Positions 20,526-29,576 are shown, counted from the stretch's first letter. The stretch: 62,403 nt of DNA from a virus (IMGVR_UViG_3300047195_000664:1-62403), one strand, 5' to 3'. Notes: generated from the sequence alone by a model not told the origin. A program made the numbers and translations.

Positions 20526-21259
20526 TCTTCCTCATCTCCTCCTTCTTTCCTTATCATAACATAATATTCCGTATAAATTATTTTGTCTCCCTTTTCTGTA
20601 ATCTTCATTGGTAAATCCTCTCCTAAATGCATTAAAATAAAATCATCTGTTAGCGCTTTTATAATATGTCTAAAATAATCTGCGCCAACAAATATACTTA
20701 CATCATTAAACTCTCCTTGGTCATCTTTTATTGCGACTGTTTTTGTTATTGTATCTGTATCTCCAGATGTAAATGATAACATTTTATCTTTTAGTTCTAT
20801 TTTTATAGCTGATGATTCTTCTTTAAATAATCTACTATCTGCGGCGACTTCTTTTAAATCATCAACTTTAACCAAAATATATGTGTTGTATTTTGGTTCT
20901 TCAGACATTTTAGCAGCCTCTATAAATCCTTTCTCAGCTAACATAAACTTAGCTTTTTTTCCTTCTTCAGAAAGAGTCATAACATTATCAATCACATCTA
21001 AGGTAATTTCGCTCTTAAACTTATCAACAACTCCTCTTATAAATTCTAATTTTTTTACTCCTATTTCACCTATAGCTTTATAGTTGCTAAACATACTACT
21101 GCTAAGCTTAGAACAAACAAAACACACCATTCCGCCTGGCATCATTGCACTACATTCTACTTCGTTAGCGCGAAAATTTAATATTACGCTGTCATATATA
21201 GTATTGTCGAGAGCGATTTTATCCAAGAAATCTAATAACTTCTTTTTCATTATTTGCAT
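20522..21259 (-). CDS. pcn: Sliding clamp (PCNA-like)
   Basis: 245 aa two-domain clamp pattern; adjacent to the loader. Confidence 0.7.
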   Translation of the reverse strand: MQIMKKKLLDFLDKIALDNTIYDSVILNFRANEVECSAMMPGGMVCFVCSKLSSSMFSNYKAIGEIGVKKLEFIRGVVDKFKSEITLDVIDNVMTLSEEGKKAKFMLAEKGFIEAAKMSEEPKYNTYILVKVDDLKEVAADSRLFKEESSAIKIELKDKMLSFTSGDTDTITKTVAIKDDQGEFNDVSIFVGADYFRHIIKALTDDFILMHLGEDLPMKITEKGDKIIYTEYYVMIRKEGGDEEE

Positions 21260-21274
21260 ACTATTCCCTCTGTG

Positions 21275-21346
21275 TAGTCATTACTAATTCTCGACCTACA
21301 AGTCTTCACGAGGAAGACTGTATAAGAAGAGAACTTTTAGTGACTA
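21275..21346 (-). ncRNA. BHB-closed hairpin (canonical bulge-helix-bulge; predicted 53-nt excised RNA)
   Basis: UAGUCA-CUAA-AAG-UUCUC ... GAGAA-UUAG-UAA-UGACUA. Confidence 0.75.
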
Positions 21347-22207
21347 TTTGAGACCATCGAATAAATTCTTTATATCCCAAACTGCCTTCCCATTATTAAC
21401 TGTTGCAAAAACAGTTTCTGTTCCTTCTTTCGCCAAACTATACTTAGACTTATCAATAATGGCAGTAAATGTAGTTAATTTTCCATCTGCCGATTGTGTT
21501 TTTTTACAAATTATTCTTTGATATATTAGTTGATTTATCTTTTGTTTTACTGCAGGGTCTTTTATTGCTGGATTTTTTGTTCCTTGTAAAATTAAATCTT
21601 CGTGCCCAATATAAAACTTGTCTATTGGGGTAAGTTTCATTTGCTCGAATATTTCTGTCATTGTTTTTGCACGATTAATCCAATACCTTAATTGAACCCC
21701 ACCATCTGCTGTTAGATTTTTATCTATTCTCATAGTGTATTCTGCATATTTTAGAAGGGTTGATATTCCATCTAATACTATCGCAGAAAACTCGTTGCTG
21801 TGGTCGTTCACATACTTTATTATTGCTTTGACTTTCGAAATAGTTTTTGGATAATCTATTATAACGTCTTTCGCTGTCATTTCTACTTCAAGTGGATTTA
21901 TTACTATTATATTCTTTTTGTCCTTGAAAAAACTATTTTTTAATGGAGTATCACCGCCATCCACGTCTATAAAGACACTATTTTTCGTTTGTTTACTACA
22001 ATAGTCCATTACTATTCCTGATTTACCTGTTCCATCCGTTCCTAATATTAAACAATTGAAACAAGGTTGTTCTACTGCGATATTTTGCGCGTCGTCAATC
22101 ATTTTTTTAATTTCTACGTCGCTAAAAAGTTTTCCTTTACTTTCGCTCTCCTTTGATGAAGTTTTTGTAACATCTTCATCATTTCCAGTTGGCCAATCAT
22201 TAGCCAT
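21344..22207 (-). CDS. Sak4-like / AAA_24 ATPase (recombination)
   Basis: GTDGTGKS, FIDVDGG, IVLDGIS, IGHE. Confidence 0.75.
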   Translation of the reverse strand: MANDWPTGNDEDVTKTSSKESESKGKLFSDVEIKKMIDDAQNIAVEQPCFNCLILGTDGTGKSGIVMDYCSKQTKNSVFIDVDGGDTPLKNSFFKDKKNIIVINPLEVEMTAKDVIIDYPKTISKVKAIIKYVNDHSNEFSAIVLDGISTLLKYAEYTMRIDKNLTADGGVQLRYWINRAKTMTEIFEQMKLTPIDKFYIGHEDLILQGTKNPAIKDPAVKQKINQLIYQRIICKKTQSADGKLTTFTAIIDKSKYSLAKEGTETVFATVNNGKAVWDIKNLFDGLK

Positions 22208-22474
22208 TTATTCCACCTCCTTCATTTCCTTCAACTCTACTTCTCTTTCTATTTTATTGTTTACATATACTGTTTCGTCTTTCTTAATTACTTTTACTAT
22301 CCATTCACGAACAACAGTAGTTTTCTCTATTTTAAACCCCCATTTTCTCGCGTGATGCTCAATAGTTGAATAGCTCAACCCTGTTAACTTGTGAGCATCA
22401 ACTAAGGGAACTCCAGTCCTCCTTCTATTAAGGAGGCTTTTTAGCTCAGCAAGTTTTCCAGGGTCGGCTACCAT
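22208..22474 (-). CDS. Small HTH protein
   Basis: LVDAHKLTGLSYSTIEHH HTH-like. Confidence 0.5.
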   Translation of the reverse strand: MVADPGKLAELKSLLNRRRTGVPLVDAHKLTGLSYSTIEHHARKWGFKIEKTTVVREWIVKVIKKDETVYVNNKIEREVELKEMKEVE

Positions 22475-23532
22475 TTATGAACTACCTCTTCTTCAGATAT
22501 TTCGGGTTTATTTGATGGCACTGAGTTTCTAAAAATTTTGGGTGTATAAATACCCAATACATTTATATTTTTACCTCTGTCTGTTATGTTAGGTTGTCCT
22601 ACAACATATATTTCGCTTCTTTCAGGAAAATCAATTTTAATGTGGTCTGAAACAAAACAAGTCATTGGAGGTACTATATTACCTTGCGCGTCTACAAACT
22701 CTACTGTTTCGTCTTCTATTCTAATAATTTGTGAACCTGTTGACGCCATCATTGGAACAATTTCCGTTACTAGTGCTTTTATTATTGCAAATCTCTCAAA
22801 TTCTTGGTGTTGCTGAACAAAGGTGTCTATTTGGCTTAAGGTTATTATATGGTTCTTGAATAGTTTTATGTATAAACCTTTTATTTGTTCGTCATTTAGC
22901 TCTTCGCCGATTGTGTTGATTTGTAGTTTTCCTGCGTCATTAAATCTAACTAGTTCCGATGTTGACGACTCTAATTTTAGCGCTGGGAAGTTTACTTGTA
23001 TATTTGTTGGTATAATTACCTTTGTGTTCTCTCCTCTCACACGAAAATACATAGGTATCCATTCTTCAGTTTCATTTTCTTGCTTTACTTTTACAGCACC
23101 CACAACCAATCTTTGGATATCATTTTTAGGCATTGGTTTTCCTAGTTTTTTCTTAGCCCACTCAGGCATTTTTTCTAGTTCTTTTTCAGTAGCAAAAAAC
23201 AAAGGCTCTCCGTTCACATCGGTTATTTTTTGTCTAATAGCAGAATCTCTATCTTTTTTAAAGAGTTCCATTGCCGCCCTACGTTTAGCAGCAATCAAAT
23301 CCATAGGTGAGTTTGCACCAATAAATATACCTTCGTATATTGCTCCCCTACTTGATAACTCCTTTCTATACATAGCTGTTAATCTATTTGTTGCTATTGC
23401 TTTTCGTGTTTCCTCTGGTATATTTTTGTCTAATGATTCAAACTCCTTATTGAGTTCAATTTTTAGTTCTTCTTCTGTTTTACCAGTTTTATTTGAAATC
23501 GCCTGTAAAATATTCGTTTGCATTTTTTTCAC
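22468..23532 (-). CDS. Putative single-stranded DNA-binding protein (RPA-like, OB folds)
   Basis: N-terminal helical ISNKTGKTEEEL typical of archaeal RPA; IRIEDET...VVGQ...INVLGIY OB fold; next to Sak4-like gene. Confidence 0.55.
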   Translation of the reverse strand: MKKMQTNILQAISNKTGKTEEELKIELNKEFESLDKNIPEETRKAIATNRLTAMYRKELSSRGAIYEGIFIGANSPMDLIAAKRRAAMELFKKDRDSAIRQKITDVNGEPLFFATEKELEKMPEWAKKKLGKPMPKNDIQRLVVGAVKVKQENETEEWIPMYFRVRGENTKVIIPTNIQVNFPALKLESSTSELVRFNDAGKLQINTIGEELNDEQIKGLYIKLFKNHIITLSQIDTFVQQHQEFERFAIIKALVTEIVPMMASTGSQIIRIEDETVEFVDAQGNIVPPMTCFVSDHIKIDFPERSEIYVVGQPNITDRGKNINVLGIYTPKIFRNSVPSNKPEISEEEVVHKW

Positions 23533-23616
23533 CTACTCTCCCTCTTCGGATTCTTCATCTTCTTCGACAGCAAACTCATCATCGTCTTCTTCATCTTGAT
23601 ATTTAAATTGGTCCAT
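23533..23616 (-). CDS. 27-aa highly acidic peptide (not in ORF track)
   Basis: GGAGG RBS, ATG, MDQFKYQDEEDDDEFAVEEDEESEEGE, stop abuts the next start. Confidence 0.65.
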   Translation of the reverse strand: MDQFKYQDEEDDDEFAVEEDEESEEGE

Positions 23617-23839
23617 TTGAAACCGCCTCCACTTCCATTTTAGATTTAGCCGCCTCGGCTAATACGCTCTCTTTTGTAGTTATAGCGTCTTTTTTTCTTC
23701 TGATAGTAAGAACTGTTCCACTATCTTTAACTTCAAAATGTTCAGAAAGAACATCTATTACTTCTTTCCATATTTTTTGGTTACCAGCACTTCTTGATTT
23801 ATATATCATTAGGTAATCTTTTTCCGCCATATTAAACAC
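23603..23839 (-). CDS. Hypothetical protein
   Basis: RBS and operon packing. Confidence 0.6.
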   Translation of the reverse strand: MFNMAEKDYLMIYKSRSAGNQKIWKEVIDVLSEHFEVKDSGTVLTIRRKKDAITTKESVLAEAAKSKMEVEAVSNGPI

Positions 23840-24016
23840 CTACTCTACTTCTTCAACAGTTACTTTGACTTTTTTAATATCGCTGTCTCCGGTAAACCAT
23901 TTTTGGAGATATATTGACCCCATTACTGGAGGTTTTCCTTCACCCGGAACTTCCTTGAATCTAAGTGTATTCTTAGTGTCCTTATCCTTTTCAAAAACTA
24001 CTTCAAGCTTTTTCAT
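23840..24016 (-). CDS. 58-aa beta-rich small viral protein (not in ORF track)
   Basis: GAGGTGA RBS; MKKLEVVFEKDKDTKNTLRFKE...GSIYLQK. Confidence 0.7.
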   Translation of the reverse strand: MKKLEVVFEKDKDTKNTLRFKEVPGEGKPPVMGSIYLQKWFTGDSDIKKVKVTVEEVE

Positions 24017-24017
24017 T

Positions 24018-24398
24018 TTAGCTCACCTCGCCTTTTATAAGCGTCACCATACTTCGTGCCGCTCTAAACTTATTATTATAATAATCTAAGTCTGTCTTAT
24101 TTTGAATCTGTTGCTTCTTTAAGTCAAGAATTGACGTCATAATTTTAATATACTCTTCGTTATGAGATAATGTCTCTGAAACAGCTGCTCTTCTTGAGTC
24201 TTCGTTTGTATACATCTTTTTACCACTGTCATCGTGTTCATTTATCACTATTGATGTAGTACTTAGTTCTATTGATACTCGAAGTTGTTCAAGAGCTTCT
24301 AATCCGAGTGCCGTTGTAAAAGTAGCGATTTCAGCCTCTTTTATTTTATTTGGCAACTCCTTCAAATCCTTTAGAATTTCTTCCTCCATTTTATCCAC
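24018..24398 (-). CDS. Coiled-coil hypothetical protein
   Basis: GAGGTGG RBS; YTNEDSRRAA motif; first gene after the promoter. Confidence 0.65.
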   Translation of the reverse strand: MDKMEEEILKDLKELPNKIKEAEIATFTTALGLEALEQLRVSIELSTTSIVINEHDDSGKKMYTNEDSRRAAVSETLSHNEEYIKIMTSILDLKKQQIQNKTDLDYYNNKFRAARSMVTLIKGEVS

Positions 24399-24437
24399 CT
24401 CTTCCTTTTATGTAGCGATTAAAATTTAAATTTAAAT

Positions 24438-24487
24438 TTCCCCCTGCTTGTTTAAATACTTTTTAATGTTGTAAGATATATTTTTGA
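24438..24487 (-). promoter_or_regulatory. Promoter: operator TGTAA-GATATATT-TT (24470-24487), 11 bp, TATTTAAA, GCAGGGG
   Basis: Repeated architecture. Confidence 0.75.
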
Positions 24488-26070
24488 AGATATGTGTTCA
24501 AAGCGCGATGTAAATCAAATACCTCACCGAGTTTCTCTTTGGCTTTCATGGTCTCAAAAATATATTGTTCAAACCCATTTGCTACCATATTAAATACTTT
24601 TAGTTGCTCTTTTGAAGTTACCCTGTAACATCTATCAATACGTTGGCTCAAGCGCGCCGGATTCCAAGTCATATCAAAATTGATAATTGTCGACACAAAT
24701 GGCATATCGACACCATAATTAAACGCGTCTGTTGCTACCAAAAACTTAAATTCGTCTCTGAATTTCGTAATAATTTCTTCTTTATTTTTAGTTTTTCCCG
24801 ACCCTATTATTACATCTTTACCAAGTTGTTGCGCGATGAAAGGTGTCATTTTTCTATATTTAGTAAAGATTACAACCTTTCCTCCATCTAATTCATCTAT
24901 GATGTGTTGCAAATCGCTTAGTTTAGCCGACTCTGACTTAGTAACTTCTATATTAACAAGACTTTTAGCATTTGAAAGTTTTATTAAATCCGTCGAATCT
25001 TCTACCATTTGTAATAATGTGAATTTTTGTATCGCTGTTCCTGTGTTATTATAATAATCTTTTTCAATTGCCTTCTCAATTTGCGCTCTTACCTCAAGCT
25101 GATATGGTGTTAAATCAATTAATCTATCATATATAACTTTTGGCGGGAAGTGTGCAACATCCTGCCTTTTGCGCCTAATTGCAATTGTTAAAAAATTCTT
25201 CATAAAGTCGTCCACATTCTTATAGTTCAATAGTATCTTAAATCCAAACTGCATTCCAAAGTTACAATATTTTGTGTAAAAGTCTGCTTTTGACATCCAA
25301 CCTGGCTGTATAATATTTCCTAACGTAAACGCATCTTCTAATTTGTTTTCTATTGGTGTACCAGTTAATCCATACAATAGACTCGGAGATAATTGTTGTA
25401 CATACTTTGTTCGTTTAGCTTTTGGATTTTTTAGGTATGTCATCTCATCCAATAATATTATTTGCCATTTTGTTAGGTTATAAATATCCCAAAAGTCCCT
25501 TAATATTTGTTCGTAATTAATAATAAATACTTGAGGCTTCTTCTCATATAGAAACTTTCTTTCTTCTGGGTACCCTTTTATTATTACCGCGTCACGGTTA
25601 AACCATTTTTTAATTTCTCGTTGCCATTGCCATTTTATTGAGGAAGGACAACATACACATACTCTCTCTACTGAACCTTGCCTTAAAAAATAATCAGCAA
25701 TCGCAAACGTCTCTAGGGTTTTGCCCAAACCACATTCATCGGTTACTAATAATTTTTTTTGCATGATTCCTCTTACAGCGCACGTAATCTGATAATCATA
25801 TAAGAAAGAGTACTTCTCTTTAATATACTTTGTCAACAATATATTCGCTTGAAGCACTTCTCTTGCTTGATTTCTAACTTCAAGAAGAACACACGAAATA
25901 TCAAAGCCCAACACTTGTAACTTGTAAAGGTTATTCGTTGTATATGGTATTTCCCAATATTTAAATAATGGATTCCACTTCCTGCCCACAATTTGTTTTA
26001 TTTCATATATTAATTGTGGGTCGTAATCAAAAGCAACAACTAGTTTATCCTCTTGTAGGTGCACGCCCAT
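24463..26070 (-). CDS. SNF2-family helicase with N-terminal HARP-like domain
   Basis: DECGLGKT, INYE, LDE, LTGTPIEN, WNPARLSQRIDR. Confidence 0.9.
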   Translation of the reverse strand: MGVHLQEDKLVVAFDYDPQLIYEIKQIVGRKWNPLFKYWEIPYTTNNLYKLQVLGFDISCVLLEVRNQAREVLQANILLTKYIKEKYSFLYDYQITCAVRGIMQKKLLVTDECGLGKTLETFAIADYFLRQGSVERVCVCCPSSIKWQWQREIKKWFNRDAVIIKGYPEERKFLYEKKPQVFIINYEQILRDFWDIYNLTKWQIILLDEMTYLKNPKAKRTKYVQQLSPSLLYGLTGTPIENKLEDAFTLGNIIQPGWMSKADFYTKYCNFGMQFGFKILLNYKNVDDFMKNFLTIAIRRKRQDVAHFPPKVIYDRLIDLTPYQLEVRAQIEKAIEKDYYNNTGTAIQKFTLLQMVEDSTDLIKLSNAKSLVNIEVTKSESAKLSDLQHIIDELDGGKVVIFTKYRKMTPFIAQQLGKDVIIGSGKTKNKEEIITKFRDEFKFLVATDAFNYGVDMPFVSTIINFDMTWNPARLSQRIDRCYRVTSKEQLKVFNMVANGFEQYIFETMKAKEKLGEVFDLHRALNTYLQKYILQH

Positions 26071-26071
26071 T

Positions 26072-26455
26072 TTATCTCCTCTTTACACCAACCAAAGCTT
26101 CAAAGAAACTTCCTTTAGACTCTTTTACTTTTCTTGCTGTGGGCAATAAGTTTTTTTGTTTTCTGTGTATGTGTTCTTTTGGTTTTCTTTTAAGCACCAA
26201 GTTCCTCTTACATCTTGGACAAACTATTCCGCCTGCCTTGTTAAGTGGCATTATGGTAGCAATTTGCGCGTGTAATGACGCTGGCGAACAAAGCTTCTCA
26301 AAAACAATCATTACCTCAGGGGATAATGTCTTTTTATTATCTAGAACACAGGTTTTTAGTTCGTCTATTGCCCATTTTAATTCACGAACTTCTCGTCTTA
26401 GCTCTTGTGGCTTGGGAGGAGCTTCAATTTCTCCTACAACTCCTTTAAATTCCAT
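26072..26455 (-). CDS. Hypothetical protein
   Basis: GGAGG RBS; CPRC. Confidence 0.55.
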   Translation of the reverse strand: MEFKGVVGEIEAPPKPQELRREVRELKWAIDELKTCVLDNKKTLSPEVMIVFEKLCSPASLHAQIATIMPLNKAGGIVCPRCKRNLVLKRKPKEHIHRKQKNLLPTARKVKESKGSFFEALVGVKRR

Positions 26456-26583
26456 ATATCCTTACCTCCTTTTTTATTTCGTCTTTTTGTGTATTTTACA
26501 ATTGGGATTGGTATCTTTTATTAAACGGTCTCTTGTAAAGCCAATCCTTCTACATCCACATGGTAATTTTATATTGTGCACAT

Positions 26584-27243
26584 TTAAACACCTCTCTTCT
26601 TACCCCATAACCAAACATGCAATCTCATCGTAAAACGCCAATTTCTTTCTTTACAAATTTCTACAATCCATTTTGCGTTTCTTTCCATCTTGTCTTCTGT
26701 TTTACCTTCTGGCATTAACATTATTTTGTTTTGGACAAGATGATATTTCTCTATCAGGGCGTCTATTTCATATATATCGCTTTTTTGAGACACCACAAAC
26801 TTAAAGAATGCGTGTCTTCTCGGTGCGTTAAAATAACTATAGTGTACTATCTTTTTAACATTCTTCGAGTTTGATAATTTAGGTGACACGTTCCATAAAT
26901 CTACACCATTCGATAAGTTATAGTTGTGTGGTTCTATTGTTCCGTTTGTTTCTACTTCTACATAATACCCCGCTAATTTTAATTGGCCAACAAGTGAACT
27001 TACCTCTTCTGCTTGTAATAGAGGCTCGCCGCCCGTAATTACTACATGCTTGCATGGATATTTCATTATTTCAACAAGTAGCTCGCCTATAGTCATTGTA
27101 ACTCCAGCTTTATATTCGTTTGCATATTTAGTGTCGCAGAAACTACAGTTCAGATTACATCCTGCTAAGCGTAAAAATACAGCTGGCTTTCCAGCATTAA
27201 TGCCTTCGCCTTGCACACTATAAAATATCTCGCTTACTTTCAT
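26584..27243 (-). CDS. queE: 7-carboxy-7-deazaguanine synthase (radical SAM)
   Basis: EIFYSVQGEG, CNLNCSFCDT, TGGEP, ETNG, SPK. Confidence 0.96.
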   Translation of the reverse strand: MKVSEIFYSVQGEGINAGKPAVFLRLAGCNLNCSFCDTKYANEYKAGVTMTIGELLVEIMKYPCKHVVITGGEPLLQAEEVSSLVGQLKLAGYYVEVETNGTIEPHNYNLSNGVDLWNVSPKLSNSKNVKKIVHYSYFNAPRRHAFFKFVVSQKSDIYEIDALIEKYHLVQNKIMLMPEGKTEDKMERNAKWIVEICKERNWRFTMRLHVWLWGKKRGV

Positions 27244-27676
27244 CTTCCTTCACCTCGGGCTTTTTGATTATACTCAAAAATTTAATATTATTTTCAGTTC
27301 TCTCTTCTTCTAATATTGTTCCTATTAGATAATTAATTAGTCGTAGTGTTCTGTTTTGTCCAAGAGGCCACTCTCCGTGCTTTCTTTTTTCCATTAGCGT
27401 TTGTATTAATTCTTGTTGTTTAATTTTACGGTCACCAATAATATTAATAATGATGTTGGCGCCTTCTTCACTTTGTCCTCTTAGAACTGGATTGGTGCGT
27501 ACTGCCCTTTGTATGTTTTCACACACTTCAATAATGGATTTACATCTACCAATTGTCGCTTGACAAACACCAAAAATCTTATTAGCGTCAAATTGTTCTA
27601 GGTCTACTACTACATCTGATAAATTCATTACATCTTCTTTTAGCTTTTTTAACTCATCCATAGCCATTATTATCAC
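27218..27676 (-). CDS. Protein with C-terminal wHTH homologous to the MCM-like ATPase C-terminus
   Basis: GEWPLGQNRTLRLI vs GKWDLGFNRTLQLI. Confidence 0.65.
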   Translation of the reverse strand: MIIMAMDELKKLKEDVMNLSDVVVDLEQFDANKIFGVCQATIGRCKSIIEVCENIQRAVRTNPVLRGQSEEGANIIINIIGDRKIKQQELIQTLMEKRKHGEWPLGQNRTLRLINYLIGTILEEERTENNIKFLSIIKKPEVKEDESKRDIL

Positions 27677-27704
27677 CCTTAATTATCCCCGCGACGAATA
27701 GCCT

Positions 27705-27780
27705 CCTAACCGTGATTGGGAATCGAGCCCTATACCACATAGCGAAGCTATGCTGTTCTACCACTTAAACTACACGTCAG
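27705..27780 (-). ncRNA. Degenerate tRNA-like RNA (nominal anticodon UUC, self-paired loop)
   Basis: Canonical D arm TAGTTTAAGTGGTAGAAC; aberrant T loop CTCGATT; bulged acceptor stem. Confidence 0.65.
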
Positions 27781-27782
27781 CT

Positions 27783-28079
27783 TTAGGGACAAGGGCATTG
27801 GTGTTCACGATAGTATCTGTTTGCGTACTTAAGATTCTCTTTTAAGATTATATCTTTAATTTTTCCAAAGAGACAATTCTCGCTACAAAAGTGGTCGTTT
27901 ACAATTGCTAATGTGTTCTGTGCATTTACCTTAATATTACACGAATATATAAAAATCCATCCTTGTTCGTATGGGAAAGGATGTGGTACGCTCGTACTTT
28001 TATTATATATTCTATCTTCTTTTGGTTCGCTTTCTTTACCACATTGCGCGCACCTAAACTTTGACATCGCTACTTTCAT
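27783..28079 (-). CDS. Zn-binding (TRASH/MYM-like) protein
   Basis: CAQCG...HFCSENC. Confidence 0.6.
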   Translation of the reverse strand: MKVAMSKFRCAQCGKESEPKEDRIYNKSTSVPHPFPYEQGWIFIYSCNIKVNAQNTLAIVNDHFCSENCLFGKIKDIILKENLKYANRYYREHQCPCP

Positions 28080-28332
28080 TTGACGTCACCTCGTCTACTG
28101 ATTTATTTATTTCTCTTGCTACTTTTTCTAAGTCAGTCTTTTTAACTCTGTCCTCTCTAAGGAAAGGACCTACCATCCACCAAGGCTTCTTCTTACAGAT
28201 TTTGCCGATATATGTTGAGCTTACACTATGTAGCCCGGCAAGCTCTCTAAATGATAGCTTGTCTTTAAAGTGCCCCAGCCAAATCTGTTTGTACATGCTC
28301 TTGGGTATCTTCTCTGGTATTTTCTTTACCAT
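28054..28332 (-). CDS. HTH DNA-binding protein
   Basis: LSFRELAGLHSVSSTYIGKI. Confidence 0.6.
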   Translation of the reverse strand: MVKKIPEKIPKSMYKQIWLGHFKDKLSFRELAGLHSVSSTYIGKICKKKPWWMVGPFLREDRVKKTDLEKVAREINKSVDEVTSNESSDVKV

Positions 28333-28600
28333 TTATCTTCACCTCATTTTTCTTGAATATTTTATATGAACAAACTAAAATGCTATATTGTTCATATTCA
28401 AGTTTGAATCCTTTCATTGTAATTTCATCAAAACCGTAAGTTCTCGCTATTTCAAGGTCTTCTGGAGTAAGTAAAACTTCCTCTAACTTCTTTTTATGTC
28501 GTGACCAGTGAACTTCTGGTGGCACATAATTTTCTCGCTTAACTAATATTGGCGCCTCTGTTTTTTCGCCTTGCATAAAAACGTCGCTTGATATTGTCAT
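28265..28600 (-). CDS. Hypothetical protein
   Basis: Operon packing. Confidence 0.55.
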   Translation of the reverse strand: MTISSDVFMQGEKTEAPILVKRENYVPPEVHWSRHKKKLEEVLLTPEDLEIARTYGFDEITMKGFKLEYEQYSILVCSYKIFKKNEVKINGKENTREDTQEHVQTDLAGAL

Positions 28601-28604
28601 ATTA

Positions 28605-28790
28605 TCACTCTCCTAATGAATTTATAAAAAAACAAAAAGCAACAAAACTACACACAAGCCCTATTGGCATGCCTAAAGTATCGGTTTTATCAAGCCACAT
28701 ACGTACTTCAATTAGTGTAACAGCTAATAATATCATAAATATTGTCGTAAAAATCTTCGCCTTAAGTGGTATATGCCTCATATTAAACAA
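28605..28790 (-). CDS. Small two-TM membrane protein
   Basis: Two hydrophobic helices. Confidence 0.55.
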   Translation of the reverse strand: MFNMRHIPLKAKIFTTIFMILLAVTLIEVRMWLDKTDTLGMPIGLVCSFVAFCFFINSLGE

Positions 28791-29037
28791 CCTCTTTTCT
28801 TACTGGCATTAAAATAGAAGAGCCGTCCATATCCTTTCCTATGTGCCAATCAAAATCCAGAGTATTAATCCAGAAAGCTTTATTTGCCAGAGAGCCAAAT
28901 TTTCGTGTTTGTAATATAACCTTATTTTTTATAATATCACAACAATTTGCTTCTCCCACACATATTGTTTTTTCTTCAAGTACTTCTATTGTGTTTTCTT
29001 CTTTCTTTCCTATTATAATTAATCGTTTCAAATCCAT
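28783..29037 (-). CDS. Hypothetical protein
   Basis: GGAGG RBS. Confidence 0.6.
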   Translation of the reverse strand: MDLKRLIIIGKKEENTIEVLEEKTICVGEANCCDIIKNKVILQTRKFGSLANKAFWINTLDFDWHIGKDMDGSSILMPVRKEVV

Positions 29038-29409
29038 TTAATCCTCCTCCTTTAATATTCTTTTCATTTTTTCAAGTAGTAAACTTTCGTCCTTAATTTG
29101 AACTGTTGGCACCCATTCACCATTATCTTTCTTATCAACAACATAAGTGTGCTCAATTACAGTATCTATGAGCAAGTGGAGTTTATCCTCTTTTTCATGG
29201 CTTTCGAGTTTTTCAAAATAACTCGACATACACAATAAACTATCGCATAATATATCCGCCTTTTTCCCTTTGGTTAGCGCTGGAAATACACTACACTTTT
29301 CTTGTGTTGTCTTGTTGCCGCACTCTACACAAACTAACTTGTCGTCAGTTATTTCTAAACACTGCAACATTATTTTCTTCAATTCTGGATTTAATTGAAC
29401 AAACTCCAT
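29038..29409 (-). CDS. Zn-binding hypothetical protein
   Basis: CVECG...LCDSLLC. Confidence 0.6.
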   Translation of the reverse strand: MEFVQLNPELKKIMLQCLEITDDKLVCVECGNKTTQEKCSVFPALTKGKKADILCDSLLCMSSYFEKLESHEKEDKLHLLIDTVIEHTYVVDKKDNGEWVPTVQIKDESLLLEKMKRILKEED

Positions 29410-29414
29410 TTAGC

Positions 29415-29576
29415 TCACCTCATTATTTTTAGACACTTTAGGTGAATATGAGATAGTCCGCCATAGTTGTTCGCATATGCAACACACTTTTTTTCTTTTT
29501 GTATTATTTTACTACATCTTTTACAAATTGCTCTGCCGCTTGCTTTCTCTACAAATGGCGCTCCTTTATGATACAT
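29415..29576 (-). CDS. Stand-alone PARP-type zinc finger (53 aa, not in ORF track)
   Basis: EKASGRAICKRCSKIIQK...HIHLKC. Confidence 0.6.
   Translation of the reverse strand: MYHKGAPFVEKASGRAICKRCSKIIQKEKKCVAYANNYGGLSHIHLKCLKIMR

Noticed and set aside
22586-23599. Long plus-strand ORFs opposite replication genes (also 18203-18727, 25968-26633, 30346-30663, 33270-33566)
   Set aside because: Antisense shadows with no RBS and Ser/Phe-rich composition
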